A DNA stretch of 64,000 bases, from the IMG/VR virus record IMGVR_UViG_3300045988_174170; one strand, written 5' to 3'. This document shows positions 54,746-63,866 of the stretch, in pieces; the stretch's first letter is position 1, and each line of letters starts with the position of its first letter. The DNA is from a virus. The translations under genes were made by a program, and so were the position numbers. The notes beneath the pieces are model-generated. The model was not told where the DNA came from, did not search any database, and was given only the letters and a program-made list of their open reading frames with translations.

Positions 54746-56314
54746 ATGTTCCACGACAGGAAGAATAACTACATAATGCAAGTAGCGAACCTACTAATTA
54801 TCGCCGTAGCCGCACTCATCATCATTGGTATCGGTGTGGCAATCTTCATGGCGGGTATCGTATCGGCAAGCCCCGGCGAGGTGAAGGTCATCTCAGGTCG
54901 CCGTGGTATCCGTGTACTGCAAGGTAAGACTGGTTGGCGTGTCCCGTTCATTGAGCGTGTAGACTCCATGACCGCAAGCATGGTATCTATCGACGTGAAG
55001 ACGAACGGTAGCACCCCCACCAACGACTTTATCAACGTGCAGGCTGAAGCTGAAGTGAAGGTACGTATCGGTCTAGACCGTAAGGAACTGTTCGAGGTTG
55101 CCGCTAGGAACTTCCTCGGTAGGACTGATATTGAAATCGCTGACTCGGTACGTGAAACCCTTGAAGGTCACCTACGTTCCATCATTGGTGAGATGGAGCT
55201 GAAGGCTATCGTCCAAGATAGGCAACAGCTCGCTAACAAGGTTCAGGAAAACGCAACGAACGACCTAGAGGAAATGGGTCTAGAAATCGTAGCGTTCAAC
55301 ATCCAGACCGTCCGTGACGATAAGGGTGTTATCGACAACCTTGGTGCTGACAATACCGAAAAGATTCGACAGGAAGCGGCAACCGCTAAGGCTATCGCAA
55401 CCCAGAAGATTGAGGAACAGCAGGCAAGCTCTGAAAAGCTCGCAAACGACGCACGTGTCGCCGCTGATAAGGAAATCGCTAAGAGGCAGAACGAGCTCGA
55501 AATCTCTAAGAGCCAGCTGAAGGCTGAAGCTGAGAAGGAACGAGCAATCGCTGAAGCCGCGTTCGAGACTGAGTTCGAGAACCAGCGAAGCCGAACCGAA
55601 GCCGCCCGCGCTAACGCTAACATTGTCCGACAGGAAAAGGAAGCACTAGTCAAGGCTAAGGAAGTTGAAGTCCGAAAGCAGACCCTAGTCGCTGAGGTTG
55701 AAGAAACCGCGAACACTGAACGTCGAGCACGTGAACAGCGCGCACAGGCTGAACTATTCGAGAGCATGAAGAAGTCCGAAGCTGAAGCGTACCGCCGCCA
55801 GCAGGAGGCAGAAGTGCTGAAGATGACCGCTGAAGCTGAGGCGTACCGCCGTCAGCAGGAAGCGGAAGCTCTCAAGATGACGGCAGAAGCGGAAGCAGAC
55901 GCAATCCGCCTACGTGGTGAAGCAGAAGCAGAAGCAGTGCGCCTCAAGCTTGAAGCAGAAGCAGACGGTCTAGACAAGAAGGCTGAAGCAATGCTCAAGA
56001 TGAAGGATGCCGCTGTTATTGAGATGCTTGTCAATGTCCTACCTGAAGTTGCCCGCGCTGTATCTGAGCCGCTGAATAATGTTGATAGCATCACCATGTA
56101 CGGTGAAGGTAATGCCGGGCAGATGGTTGGCGACATTATGACCAGCATGGATAAGGTAACCGCCGGACTAGGACTTGATGTTCGTGACCTGATTCAGGCA
56201 ACCGTAACCGGTCGAGCTATTGGTAGTGGAATCAATGCCGCTACCAAGAAGGATGCTGAGACGGTTTCGGCACCTCTGAACCTAGATGACCTAGAGAATG
56301 AGGACGCTATCTAG
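54746..56314 (+). CDS. flotillin (SPFH/band-7 domain protein, FloT/YuaG-like)
   Basis: An N-terminal TM is followed by an SPFH domain. 'LEGHLRSIIGEMELKAIVQDR ... LEEMGLEIVAFNIQTVRDDKGVIDNLG' closely matches Bacillus FloT 'LEGHLRSILGSMTVEEIYKNR...LAKMGLVIVSFTIKDVRDKNGYLESLG'. A long EA-repeat coiled coil (AEAEAYRRQQEAE, twice) precedes a C-terminal 'MLVNVLPEVARAVSEPLNNVDSITMYGEG' that matches FloT 'MIVKMLPEYAKQAAAPLSNIDKITVVDTG'. The alternative start at ATG 54776 is possible. Confidence 0.85.
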   Translation: MFHDRKNNYIMQVANLLIIAVAALIIIGIGVAIFMAGIVSASPGEVKVISGRRGIRVLQGKTGWRVPFIERVDSMTASMVSIDVKTNGSTPTNDFINVQAEAEVKVRIGLDRKELFEVAARNFLGRTDIEIADSVRETLEGHLRSIIGEMELKAIVQDRQQLANKVQENATNDLEEMGLEIVAFNIQTVRDDKGVIDNLGADNTEKIRQEAATAKAIATQKIEEQQASSEKLANDARVAADKEIAKRQNELEISKSQLKAEAEKERAIAEAAFETEFENQRSRTEAARANANIVRQEKEALVKAKEVEVRKQTLVAEVEETANTERRAREQRAQAELFESMKKSEAEAYRRQQEAEVLKMTAEAEAYRRQQEAEALKMTAEAEADAIRLRGEAEAEAVRLKLEAEADGLDKKAEAMLKMKDAAVIEMLVNVLPEVARAVSEPLNNVDSITMYGEGNAGQMVGDIMTSMDKVTAGLGLDVRDLIQATVTGRAIGSGINAATKKDAETVSAPLNLDDLENEDAI

Positions 56315-56340
56315 CCTGTAATGACATAAGGTGCAACACT

Positions 56341-56392
56341 AAGCCCCTAACCTATAGAGTATGAAACCTCTTAGGTTGGGGGCTTTCTTTAT
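56341..56392 (+). terminator. rho-independent terminator
   Basis: AAGCCCCTAACCTAT ... TTAGGTTGGGGGCTT followed by TCTTTAT. Confidence 0.55.
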
Positions 56393-56430
56393 ACCTCTAT
56401 TGGGGCGTGATGTATATCATAGTATTTAAC

Positions 56431-56459
56431 TTGAAAGCACGTCTAAAGTGTGCCATAAT
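56431..56459 (+). promoter_or_regulatory. cassette promoter C21 (degenerate upstream half)
   Basis: TTGAAA, 17-nt spacer, TGcCATAAT. Confidence 0.45.
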
Positions 56460-56518
56460 AGACATATAGAAGTTCCTATAAGAAACCCAAGCCACTACAG
56501 GAAAGGAAAAGGTACACA

Positions 56519-56986
56519 ATGAACACCCCTGAAATTGAAGAAGTGCTAGAAAGCATTGGCGAAAAGCTCCAAGCCCTATATGGGCTACAGCAAGAAGCGA
56601 ACCGCCTCCTCATCAAACTCAAGCAAGAAGAGCTTAACCCTGAGCGTGTAGAAGCCGTAGCAGATGCATACGCAAACTTCAGCACTATCAATATTGGGAA
56701 CAAGATTAACGACGGCACCCTAGCCAAGACTAAGCAGTCACTATACAGTGACCTTATCAAGCTCTCCAATGATATTGACACCCACCGGTTCGCCTTCACT
56801 AACGACGCAAGTCAGACCCTCAACGGCGACTTCTCGGCAATCCCATACCAGGGGCTAGAAGAACCGACTGTCCACGAAGTGCAGATGAAGCGACTCCGCA
56901 ATGCTGAAAGCTTCCTCGAACGCTCCATCACCCTATATGAGTTCGGGCGAGACAAGCTCAAAGAAGCAGTAGAAGCCGCAAACTAA
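56519..56986 (+). CDS. hypothetical protein, paralog family I
   Basis: 155 aa, paralog of 26379..26876. Confidence 0.7.
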   Translation: MNTPEIEEVLESIGEKLQALYGLQQEANRLLIKLKQEELNPERVEAVADAYANFSTINIGNKINDGTLAKTKQSLYSDLIKLSNDIDTHRFAFTNDASQTLNGDFSAIPYQGLEEPTVHEVQMKRLRNAESFLERSITLYEFGRDKLKEAVEAAN

Positions 56987-57023
56987 CCCCACCCAATTAC
57001 CCCCCCAAAGGAAAGGACACGTC

Positions 57024-57806
57024 ATGAGCCTCACCGAAGCAGGACGCATCATCTGGGACATCACCTGGAACTATGGGAAGCACCAGGTTCAGAGTATTAT
57101 CGACACTGGACAGGTTCGACGTATGACCCCCCCCGACTGTAAGAAGCATCCTTACTTGAAAGATAAGGCGTTCCGTGATAGTAACCGCTACCTCTACGTG
57201 GAAGACCCTACAGGTATTCATTTCCCCGAAACCTTCGGTGCCGCCTCGCTCACCATCCTACTTAATCGCGACTACGACGTGAAGAAGCGAGAGCATAGCC
57301 TCATGGGTTGGTGGGACCACAGTACCCTCTACGGCTGGTCGAAGGGTAACGCTGTTGTACTTAATGGTTCCAATCGCCCCCACAAGCCCCGAAACCAGGA
57401 TGAGAGCCGAAAGGCTAAGGAAGCTATCAATTGGTACACCGAAGAGAAGCGGCACCTAGTAACCTCCTTCACCCCGAAACAGTCCTTTGAGGTGACTGTG
57501 AACTTCAGTAAGGGTGACGAATGGGATTTTGAAGACTTCCTCTACGACTATTCGCCGCTCTACTACTACAAGGGTAAGAACCCGGCGAAGTATCTTGCAA
57601 ACAACTACCCCACTGAGCGAGAGATTGTCTTCATCAGTGACAGTATCGCCGTCTGCGTACCCAGTAAGCCCTTCCATGATGAGCCGCTGATTATTCTCAC
57701 CGCAGATAAGCCTATCGCGTCAGGTCTTGCAGGGCACACCTTCAATATTGCATCAGTAGAAGTTGATGGGTGTCACCGCAATAAGGCTAAGGTAACCCTC
57801 AAGTAA
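57024..57806 (+). CDS. hypothetical protein
   Basis: 260 aa, AAAGGAAAGGA RBS. Confidence 0.6.
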   Translation: MSLTEAGRIIWDITWNYGKHQVQSIIDTGQVRRMTPPDCKKHPYLKDKAFRDSNRYLYVEDPTGIHFPETFGAASLTILLNRDYDVKKREHSLMGWWDHSTLYGWSKGNAVVLNGSNRPHKPRNQDESRKAKEAINWYTEEKRHLVTSFTPKQSFEVTVNFSKGDEWDFEDFLYDYSPLYYYKGKNPAKYLANNYPTEREIVFISDSIAVCVPSKPFHDEPLIILTADKPIASGLAGHTFNIASVEVDGCHRNKAKVTLK

Positions 57807-57948
57807 CCAAGAGCAACCAACACGAACTACCCCTCCCTTAGCGGACAGTAAACAGTACTCTGTTTTGTTTACCCGGGGGGGGGTACGTTTTTGCCCACAA
57901 CACGGAAAGCGTACCCACCAAACAAGCAGAAAGGACACAGGCAAATAT

Positions 57949-58572
57949 ATGCTGACAGCACCAGCAAACATCACCGTGCAGATACTAGGGCTAGGCGTGA
58001 GCGCCGGTCTATTCTTCATTGGGTACGCAAACCGCACCTGGGTCAGAAACATCAGTCTAGGAATGTGTGCCCTAACAGCCGCCCAATCATTCCTCCTAGG
58101 ACAAACCGGCGTTCTAGCCATGAACCTAGTGAACCTGGCATACTACATCATGCTACTATTCGAGAACCGTCTAGCGTTCGTCCAGTCACCCATCTACCGT
58201 GCCGCATCAATGAGTGTAGCAGTCGGTACCGCCGCCGTCACACAGTACGGCATACTAGGCTGGGGCTTATGGTCACCCGGCACCCTAGCGCTACTAGGTG
58301 GACTAACAGGACTCATTATGGCGCTACTAGAAAACTTTGTAGCACTCAAAACCGTAACAGTTCTCAATGTGGCGTGCTGGGTCAGCTACTATATTCTAGT
58401 CGGTAGCTACACTAACATTATCGGTAACGGGCTAGTCCTCGTAGGTGTAGCATTAAGTGTATGGCAACGTATGCACACCACCGAACCGCCGCCCATCACC
58501 TCGTCCGGTATCACCGTCCCGGTCGATACTGGAAGCCTGCGACAAGCAGAACTACACACCGAACAACAATAA
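57949..58572 (+). CDS. multi-pass membrane protein
   Basis: The track ORF 57865 begins in a basic low-complexity stretch. M29 follows GAAAGGA. At least 5 TM. Confidence 0.55.
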   Translation: MLTAPANITVQILGLGVSAGLFFIGYANRTWVRNISLGMCALTAAQSFLLGQTGVLAMNLVNLAYYIMLLFENRLAFVQSPIYRAASMSVAVGTAAVTQYGILGWGLWSPGTLALLGGLTGLIMALLENFVALKTVTVLNVACWVSYYILVGSYTNIIGNGLVLVGVALSVWQRMHTTEPPPITSSGITVPVDTGSLRQAELHTEQQ

Positions 58573-58749
58573 CCATATAGGGGCAGTTAAGCACCGTAAG
58601 AGCACAAACATTGAACCGTGCCCTTACGGTGCTTTAGTACATATAGGGGTAACCTGCAAGATGCAGTAACCCAGCTTACTAGACCCAGCAGTAGCACCAC
58701 TGGTAGAATGAAACAATGAATACTATCCTGAACGAAAAGGTGACCGCCT

Positions 58750-59112
58750 ATGTTTGTTGATTTTGTAAACATGTTCGCAGACCCGACTGGGTTCTTTAGT
58801 GCCGCACCCCTATGGTTAGCCTTCGTGATACCAGGGGTTATCACAGCCGTGCCTGTGGCTCTAGTGTGGTGGCGGCTAGGGTGTCCCGTGTGGGAAGCCA
58901 CGTTCAAGGGCGGCACCTCAATCATTATTGGGGTAATCCAGGCTGTTGCCACTGTCTATTGGGGTATCGTTGTTACACCCGCGTTCATTGCACATGGAGT
59001 CATTGAAGGGAACCCCCTAATCATTTCCGGTACCTTCGGCTGGGGTGCAATGATGCTAATTTCCAACCTAGTACCCTGGGCTGTTACAAAGTACAAGGAA
59101 CGCTACAACTAA
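58750..59112 (+). CDS. membrane protein, paralog family G
   Basis: 120 aa (MFVDFVNMFADPTGFF..AP.W..F..PG). Confidence 0.7.
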   Translation: MFVDFVNMFADPTGFFSAAPLWLAFVIPGVITAVPVALVWWRLGCPVWEATFKGGTSIIIGVIQAVATVYWGIVVTPAFIAHGVIEGNPLIISGTFGWGAMMLISNLVPWAVTKYKERYN

Positions 59113-59153
59113 AAGCCAGTCGTAAGCCCACAGAAAGGTGAAACCCTATAACT

Positions 59154-60491
59154 ATGACCAAGCATAAAACCGCCACCGGTTCCAGTAAGAAGCCGCTAGT
59201 CCCCGTGTGCCTTACCCCCGAGCCTCAAGGCAGTGTAACAGCTGAAAACGTTCCAGACCCAAAAACAGTGGTAGCTCTCATTGGGCAAGAACAGCGCCTC
59301 ATGAACCTATGGGTTGAAGGTGGAACAAGGGCACTAGCTGAAATCCTAGAAGTACCCGAAGACGTTCTAGCTAAACGTTGGAACCGAATCAAGAACCACT
59401 CTAACTTCGTAGACGGCTACCTACCTATGGAAGCACGGGTAAGGTGCCTTCCGCCTCTTGAGCCAATAGTTGAGGCCTTGGAAAAATATGCGCACGAGAC
59501 ATTCCGTGACCTCGACTATACGGAAAGGGACACGCTCGTAATGATGCCCCGCCCAGACCTCGGGTGGGTATCCCTAGCAGAGTACGCCCGCATCAACGAA
59601 TCATACCGATACCTGGAAGTTGCCGGGGTAGTCATCAAGAAATACTACGACTACAAGAAGCCGCCCCGCTACGACCTAGACCCAGGAATCAGCAAAAGCT
59701 ACCAAGTGCTACCCGGAACCGTGTTTAGCCGCTACACAGGCAAGACACTACGGTTCGGACGTAAATACCGCGAAGCACACAAGCACCTACTAGCATACCC
59801 TCGCACCTCCGCAAGGACACACAGGGTAGTATGGGACAAGCCGGAAACCTACGAAGGGGAAAAATACTACCCCGTAGAAGCTATCCACGACTTCACGCAA
59901 CCATACGGTAAAGACGATTGGAAAGTTCGCGCCGGTGAACAAGGCGGATACGTCAAAGAATACGACAATCTCGAACCTTACAGCTGGGTAGCAGACACCG
60001 CACACGTAAAAGGTAAAGTCAGTGATGGTTCACTAGTAGCAGGTAACGCCTATATTTGCGAATACACTACCGTCCTAGCCCGCTCCATCATCTCAGGTGA
60101 CGTGCGAATCAATAGGAAAACAAAGGTTGCAGGCTCCAATGTCACGGGTGAAGTCACTATCGGCACCAAGCCCACCCTAAGCGGTGAAGAGCTGACACTC
60201 TACTATGCGACAGTAGACGGTAAGGTAACCATTGACGACAATGTTAAATGCATTGCACAAGCAACCATTAGCGGCGACATTGAAATTAACGGTGACCTGA
60301 CTATCGCCAACAACATTAGCCTAACCGGTTCAATGGCTGTAAACTCTACCGGAGGGTATGAGCTGTACGACTCCATAGAGGGCAAGCTAGACCATAAGGG
60401 AAATAAGCCCATATTTGAGCTACACAATGGTAGCGACAGGCGATTCCACCGCAGTATGGGACTCTACCAGCAGAAACTGCCGGTAGACTAA
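59154..60491 (+). CDS. family H protein: HTH-like N-domain plus C-terminal beta-helix-like repeats
   Basis: 445 aa. 'LIGQEQRLMNLWVEGGTRALAEILEVPEDVLAKRW' has a helix-turn-helix pattern and aligns to 'LIGREQWLMDIYVQGGIPAVAKILDIPVSTLTYRW' of 60962. The C-terminus has V/I-x-G repeats (VAGSNVTGEVTIG...ISGDIEINGDLTI). Confidence 0.6.
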   Translation: MTKHKTATGSSKKPLVPVCLTPEPQGSVTAENVPDPKTVVALIGQEQRLMNLWVEGGTRALAEILEVPEDVLAKRWNRIKNHSNFVDGYLPMEARVRCLPPLEPIVEALEKYAHETFRDLDYTERDTLVMMPRPDLGWVSLAEYARINESYRYLEVAGVVIKKYYDYKKPPRYDLDPGISKSYQVLPGTVFSRYTGKTLRFGRKYREAHKHLLAYPRTSARTHRVVWDKPETYEGEKYYPVEAIHDFTQPYGKDDWKVRAGEQGGYVKEYDNLEPYSWVADTAHVKGKVSDGSLVAGNAYICEYTTVLARSIISGDVRINRKTKVAGSNVTGEVTIGTKPTLSGEELTLYYATVDGKVTIDDNVKCIAQATISGDIEINGDLTIANNISLTGSMAVNSTGGYELYDSIEGKLDHKGNKPIFELHNGSDRRFHRSMGLYQQKLPVD

Positions 60492-60578
60492 CACCCAAAC
60501 ACCCAATAACCAAGTGTGCCCCTGAGTAAGGGCAACCAAGCCCAGGGGCACACACCCTAAAACAGAAAGCATAAACGC

Positions 60579-60944
60579 ATGTACGTTGAATTTGTGAACA
60601 TGTTCACCGACCCGACCGGGTTCTTCAAGACAGCCCCAATGTGGGCATCCTTCATACTGCCCGGCGCTATCAACGCCCTACTTATTGTCATTCCCGCCGC
60701 CATAGCTGGTCTTATCGCCCACGATGAAGAGTTTGCCCTGTCTACCTCTTGGGTATTGAGTGTGTTGAATCTAGCTGTAGGTACTATATTTTGGGGTATT
60801 ATCGTTTCGCCTGCATTTGAGGCGCACGGCGTGAACCCTGGATTCCCCACTGTAATATCATTTGCACTAGGTTTCCTGGCAATGGCATCTGAAACCTGCC
60901 TGGCAACTCTACTATTCACAAAATTTGTAAGCAATAACTTCTAA
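60579..60944 (+). CDS. membrane protein, paralog family G
   Basis: 121 aa. Confidence 0.7.
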   Translation: MYVEFVNMFTDPTGFFKTAPMWASFILPGAINALLIVIPAAIAGLIAHDEEFALSTSWVLSVLNLAVGTIFWGIIVSPAFEAHGVNPGFPTVISFALGFLAMASETCLATLLFTKFVSNNF

Positions 60945-60961
60945 GGAAAGCAACATAAACT

Positions 60962-61951
60962 ATGGCAACCGATGTTGTGATACCCGCCCTGTTTCTAGAC
61001 CTCCCATGCAACCCATATTCACTAGAGTACTGGGAACTTACCGCTTTCCCCGATAGTTTCAAGGTAATATCTCTCATTGGTAGGGAGCAGTGGCTTATGG
61101 ACATCTACGTGCAGGGCGGTATCCCCGCTGTGGCAAAAATCCTTGACATTCCTGTTTCAACACTCACCTATCGGTGGTGGAAGTTCAAGAAACACCACTG
61201 GAAAGACCTAGCTGTAGAGCCCCCGTTTGGGATTAGGTGCGAATATGACTATGAGAAGCTATTGGCAGACGATTACTGTATCCATGAGACAGCTTACAGT
61301 AAAGGCTCTAAATGCATAACTTGGAAACTTGAAAGGTTCTGCATGGCTTCCGAGAAACGGCGAGAACTTAAAGAGCTTCTAGAAGAAGCAAGTAAAGGCA
61401 TTGAGTTGTCATATGAAGACCGGGCATGGATACTTTTCGCACCCCGCCTAGACCTTGGACTATTGTCGCTAGTAGACTACGCGGAACTGTGCAACCTTGA
61501 CAAGGAAGTGTCGGCACTCATTATCAAAAACCTTCTAGCTTACAAGAAGCCCCCACCGGAAAAGCTTGTTGATGGTCGCCCCGAATGGATGCGCCAATAC
61601 ACACTAAACACAGCATTTACCGACGATAACGACAAGGAACCCGCCTACAAGAAACAGCTACTAATGCGCCGGTACCGCAAGAGCCAATGCTACAAACTCG
61701 CATACCCACGGTACAAGAGTAGGAAGTTTCGGGTACTCTGGAACGAACCTCAAACACATAACGGGGTAACCTTCTATCCGGTTGAAGCACTATGGAACCT
61801 CATGGCTGAAAACAAAGGGCACCCAACTAGCATTAAAGCCGGTTCACGCGGTGGATATGTGACAGCTGAATATGTTGCAGAGAACGGCTGTGGCACATGG
61901 ATTCTAGAAGGCGAATACGCCACAGTGAAGAAATCCGCTAATGAAAGGTGA
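60962..61951 (+). CDS. family H protein (HTH-like N-domain); TGA stop in frame with next gene
   Basis: 329 aa. The C-terminal block 'KLAYPRYKSRKFRVLWNEPQTH.GVTFYPVEAL....GGYV' is shared with 59154. The TGA at 61949 overlaps the GAAAGGTGA RBS of 61958. Confidence 0.6.
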   Translation: MATDVVIPALFLDLPCNPYSLEYWELTAFPDSFKVISLIGREQWLMDIYVQGGIPAVAKILDIPVSTLTYRWWKFKKHHWKDLAVEPPFGIRCEYDYEKLLADDYCIHETAYSKGSKCITWKLERFCMASEKRRELKELLEEASKGIELSYEDRAWILFAPRLDLGLLSLVDYAELCNLDKEVSALIIKNLLAYKKPPPEKLVDGRPEWMRQYTLNTAFTDDNDKEPAYKKQLLMRRYRKSQCYKLAYPRYKSRKFRVLWNEPQTHNGVTFYPVEALWNLMAENKGHPTSIKAGSRGGYVTAEYVAENGCGTWILEGEYATVKKSANER

Positions 61952-61957
61952 TACGTT

Positions 61958-62359
61958 ATGGTTTTAGCCGCCGCTAATGCGGATACGAAAGACCCTATGG
62001 CGATTCTAGTAATACTGATATTTTTTGGTGCCTTGTTCTTGGTACTTGCCGCCTATACGGGCATTATATGGTTCGTTAAGCGGGGCAAGACGATTGATAA
62101 GCTAGGCATTATCTATAATGTCACCCCTACTATCGCTATTGGTGTTGCTGTTATCATTCTTGGTACTCAGCCTAGTTTCACTAAGGGGCTGTTTATGGGT
62201 GCTACATCTTTGGTTATTATGTTGTTTGCTCTGAGCTTCTTGTCGAGGTATTGTGAGCCGCCGGTGGCTGTTGGTAAGACGGCAACGCTAATGTTTGCTG
62301 GTTTAGGTGCATCTATTATTGTGTGTGCTATTCTGGCTTCTTTGACGGCAACCCTCTAA
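61958..62359 (+). CDS. membrane protein (4 TM)
   Basis: 133 aa, GAAAGGTGA RBS. Confidence 0.55.
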   Translation: MVLAAANADTKDPMAILVILIFFGALFLVLAAYTGIIWFVKRGKTIDKLGIIYNVTPTIAIGVAVIILGTQPSFTKGLFMGATSLVIMLFALSFLSRYCEPPVAVGKTATLMFAGLGASIIVCAILASLTATL

Positions 62360-62417
62360 GGTACATACCCCCTATCTGCAGGTGATTCACTTACGGTTAG
62401 GGGGTATGTCTATGCCG

Positions 62418-62474
62418 TGTGACCTATTCCCCATAATGTCTTGGTTTGCAAACAATACTAGAGTGTGTCATAAT
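62418..62474 (+). promoter_or_regulatory. cassette promoter C22
   Basis: TGTGAcctattcC.., TTGCAA, TGtCATAAT. Confidence 0.5.
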
Positions 62475-62537
62475 TGAAGTATCCACTTTCCTGGTAACCC
62501 TATAACGGGTACCAACACACCATGAAGGAGTCCAAAC

Positions 62538-63119
62538 ATGCTATTCAAGACTGAAGCCGAATATATCACTTTCCCCATCGAGAATAACCCCGATTTCATT
62601 AAGGAAGCCGAAGCGGGTAAGCCTATCAACATGCTCTACCGTAGCGACTTCCGCATCACCCGCCTCGGATACCTCAATAGTGAAGGCGCGTGCGACATTG
62701 GTGTTACCCTCGCATGTGGCGACGCTATCCACTATGTAGAAAAGAACTTCGACTTCCTCTATGCGCTCCCGTTCCACAGCACCGGCGTAAAGAACAACCC
62801 CGGCGAACTCTGGAACCACCCAGAGCGTAAAACCCCCGCCGTAGCGTTCAACTTCAAAGGAAAGTTCTTTGAAATTGATAACCCGCAGGTACCCATCCAC
62901 TTCAACGTACATGCCGTAGAAGAACGCGCTCTCAAAGAAGCCACCAAGATTACCGGAAAACCCTGTAGTAACCTCAATGCATACAAGGAACACGTAGAAG
63001 ATGGTGCATACCATGCACTATGCAACTACACCACCCAAGCCGAAGACGGGAACGGTATAGTCTACCACACTGGAAACCTGACCGTGGACTTCACCACCGG
63101 AAAGCTCACTATCTCATAA
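62538..63119 (+). CDS. hypothetical protein
   Basis: 193 aa, AAGGAG RBS. Confidence 0.6.
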   Translation: MLFKTEAEYITFPIENNPDFIKEAEAGKPINMLYRSDFRITRLGYLNSEGACDIGVTLACGDAIHYVEKNFDFLYALPFHSTGVKNNPGELWNHPERKTPAVAFNFKGKFFEIDNPQVPIHFNVHAVEERALKEATKITGKPCSNLNAYKEHVEDGAYHALCNYTTQAEDGNGIVYHTGNLTVDFTTGKLTIS

Positions 63120-63264
63120 CATGCAACAGGCATACCCCTGCGTAGGTCAAATAGCACCTAACCGGGGGTATTCTATGATATGATTAAGGCATACAGGTCA
63201 CCTGTAGCATAAGCATACAAAGACTGTATACCACAAGTCACTAGACAGAAAGGTTATAAGAACC

Positions 63265-63576
63265 TTGAAACGTAAGTCTGTAACCAAAAAGCATAAGGCA
63301 CGCGATTCACGCTACAACCACTGGCACTGGAAGTCCAACAAGAACGTCATCATCAACTCTAGCTGGGCAACAACCGGCGGTGGTGGTGCACGCAGTGTAG
63401 TTCACCCGTGGCGTGACGAGTCAGACCTTCACCTTCTAGCCAATGAGTACAACACTTACGGGCACCTAGAAGAGGAAAGCGTAGAAAACCTTGATGCCAA
63501 CCTACGCCGCCCGTCCGTGAACAGCTGTAGTGTCCATTGGTGTGATAGCTTATCATGCATGTACATCAAAAAGTGA
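63265..63576 (+). CDS. small basic protein (TTG start)
   Basis: 103 aa, AGAAAGG 12 nt upstream, TGA stop. Confidence 0.4.
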   Translation: MKRKSVTKKHKARDSRYNHWHWKSNKNVIINSSWATTGGGGARSVVHPWRDESDLHLLANEYNTYGHLEEESVENLDANLRRPSVNSCSVHWCDSLSCMYIKK

Positions 63577-63636
63577 CGCACATCACATGAAATCGACTTG
63601 CAAAGCACAAAATACTGTGCCATAATAGTTATATAA
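63573..63636 (+). promoter_or_regulatory. cassette promoter C23 (drives a leader with no ORF, upstream of the tRNA promoter)
   Basis: GTGACgcacaTCACA, TTGCAA, 17-nt spacer, TGcCATAAT, then leader hairpin CGGGG-ttatcgagag-CCCCG. Confidence 0.5.
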
Positions 63637-63725
63637 GCCGCCGGGGTTATCGAGAGCCCCGACAGCTTACACAATGAGGAATACTGACAAACGACTGAAC
63701 GTGATACAAAACACAGAAAGTCGAG

Positions 63726-63754
63726 TTGCATACCCCGCCAGGGAGTGCTATAAT
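63726..63754 (+). promoter_or_regulatory. consensus sigma70 promoter TTGCAT-17-TATAAT for tRNA
   Basis: TTGCAT 63726..63731, 17-bp spacer, TGCTATAAT 63746..63754, about 40 nt upstream of the tRNA. Confidence 0.6.
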
Positions 63755-63793
63755 GAAACATGTACTCAGCTGAAAAGCTGGTATGCAACGTAA

Positions 63794-63866
63794 GCCCCTA
63801 TCGTCTAGCAGCCAAGGATATTGCCCTTTCACGGCAAGGACACGGGTTCAAATCCCGTTAGGGGTA
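63794..63866 (+). tRNA. tRNA-Glu: tRNA-Glu (anticodon UUC)
   Basis: Manual fold with acceptor GCCCCTA/TAGGGGT (G1-U72), D-stem GTCT/GGAT, anticodon stem TTGCC/GGCAA with loop CTTTCAC (U33, UUC, A37), T-arm ACGGG-TTCAAAT-CCCGT, discriminator A, no encoded CCA. Confidence 0.7.

Noticed and set aside
63673-63795. 41-codon ATG ORF in the C23 leader
   Set aside because: It has no SD, runs through the tRNA promoter into the tRNA, and its composition is not protein-like.
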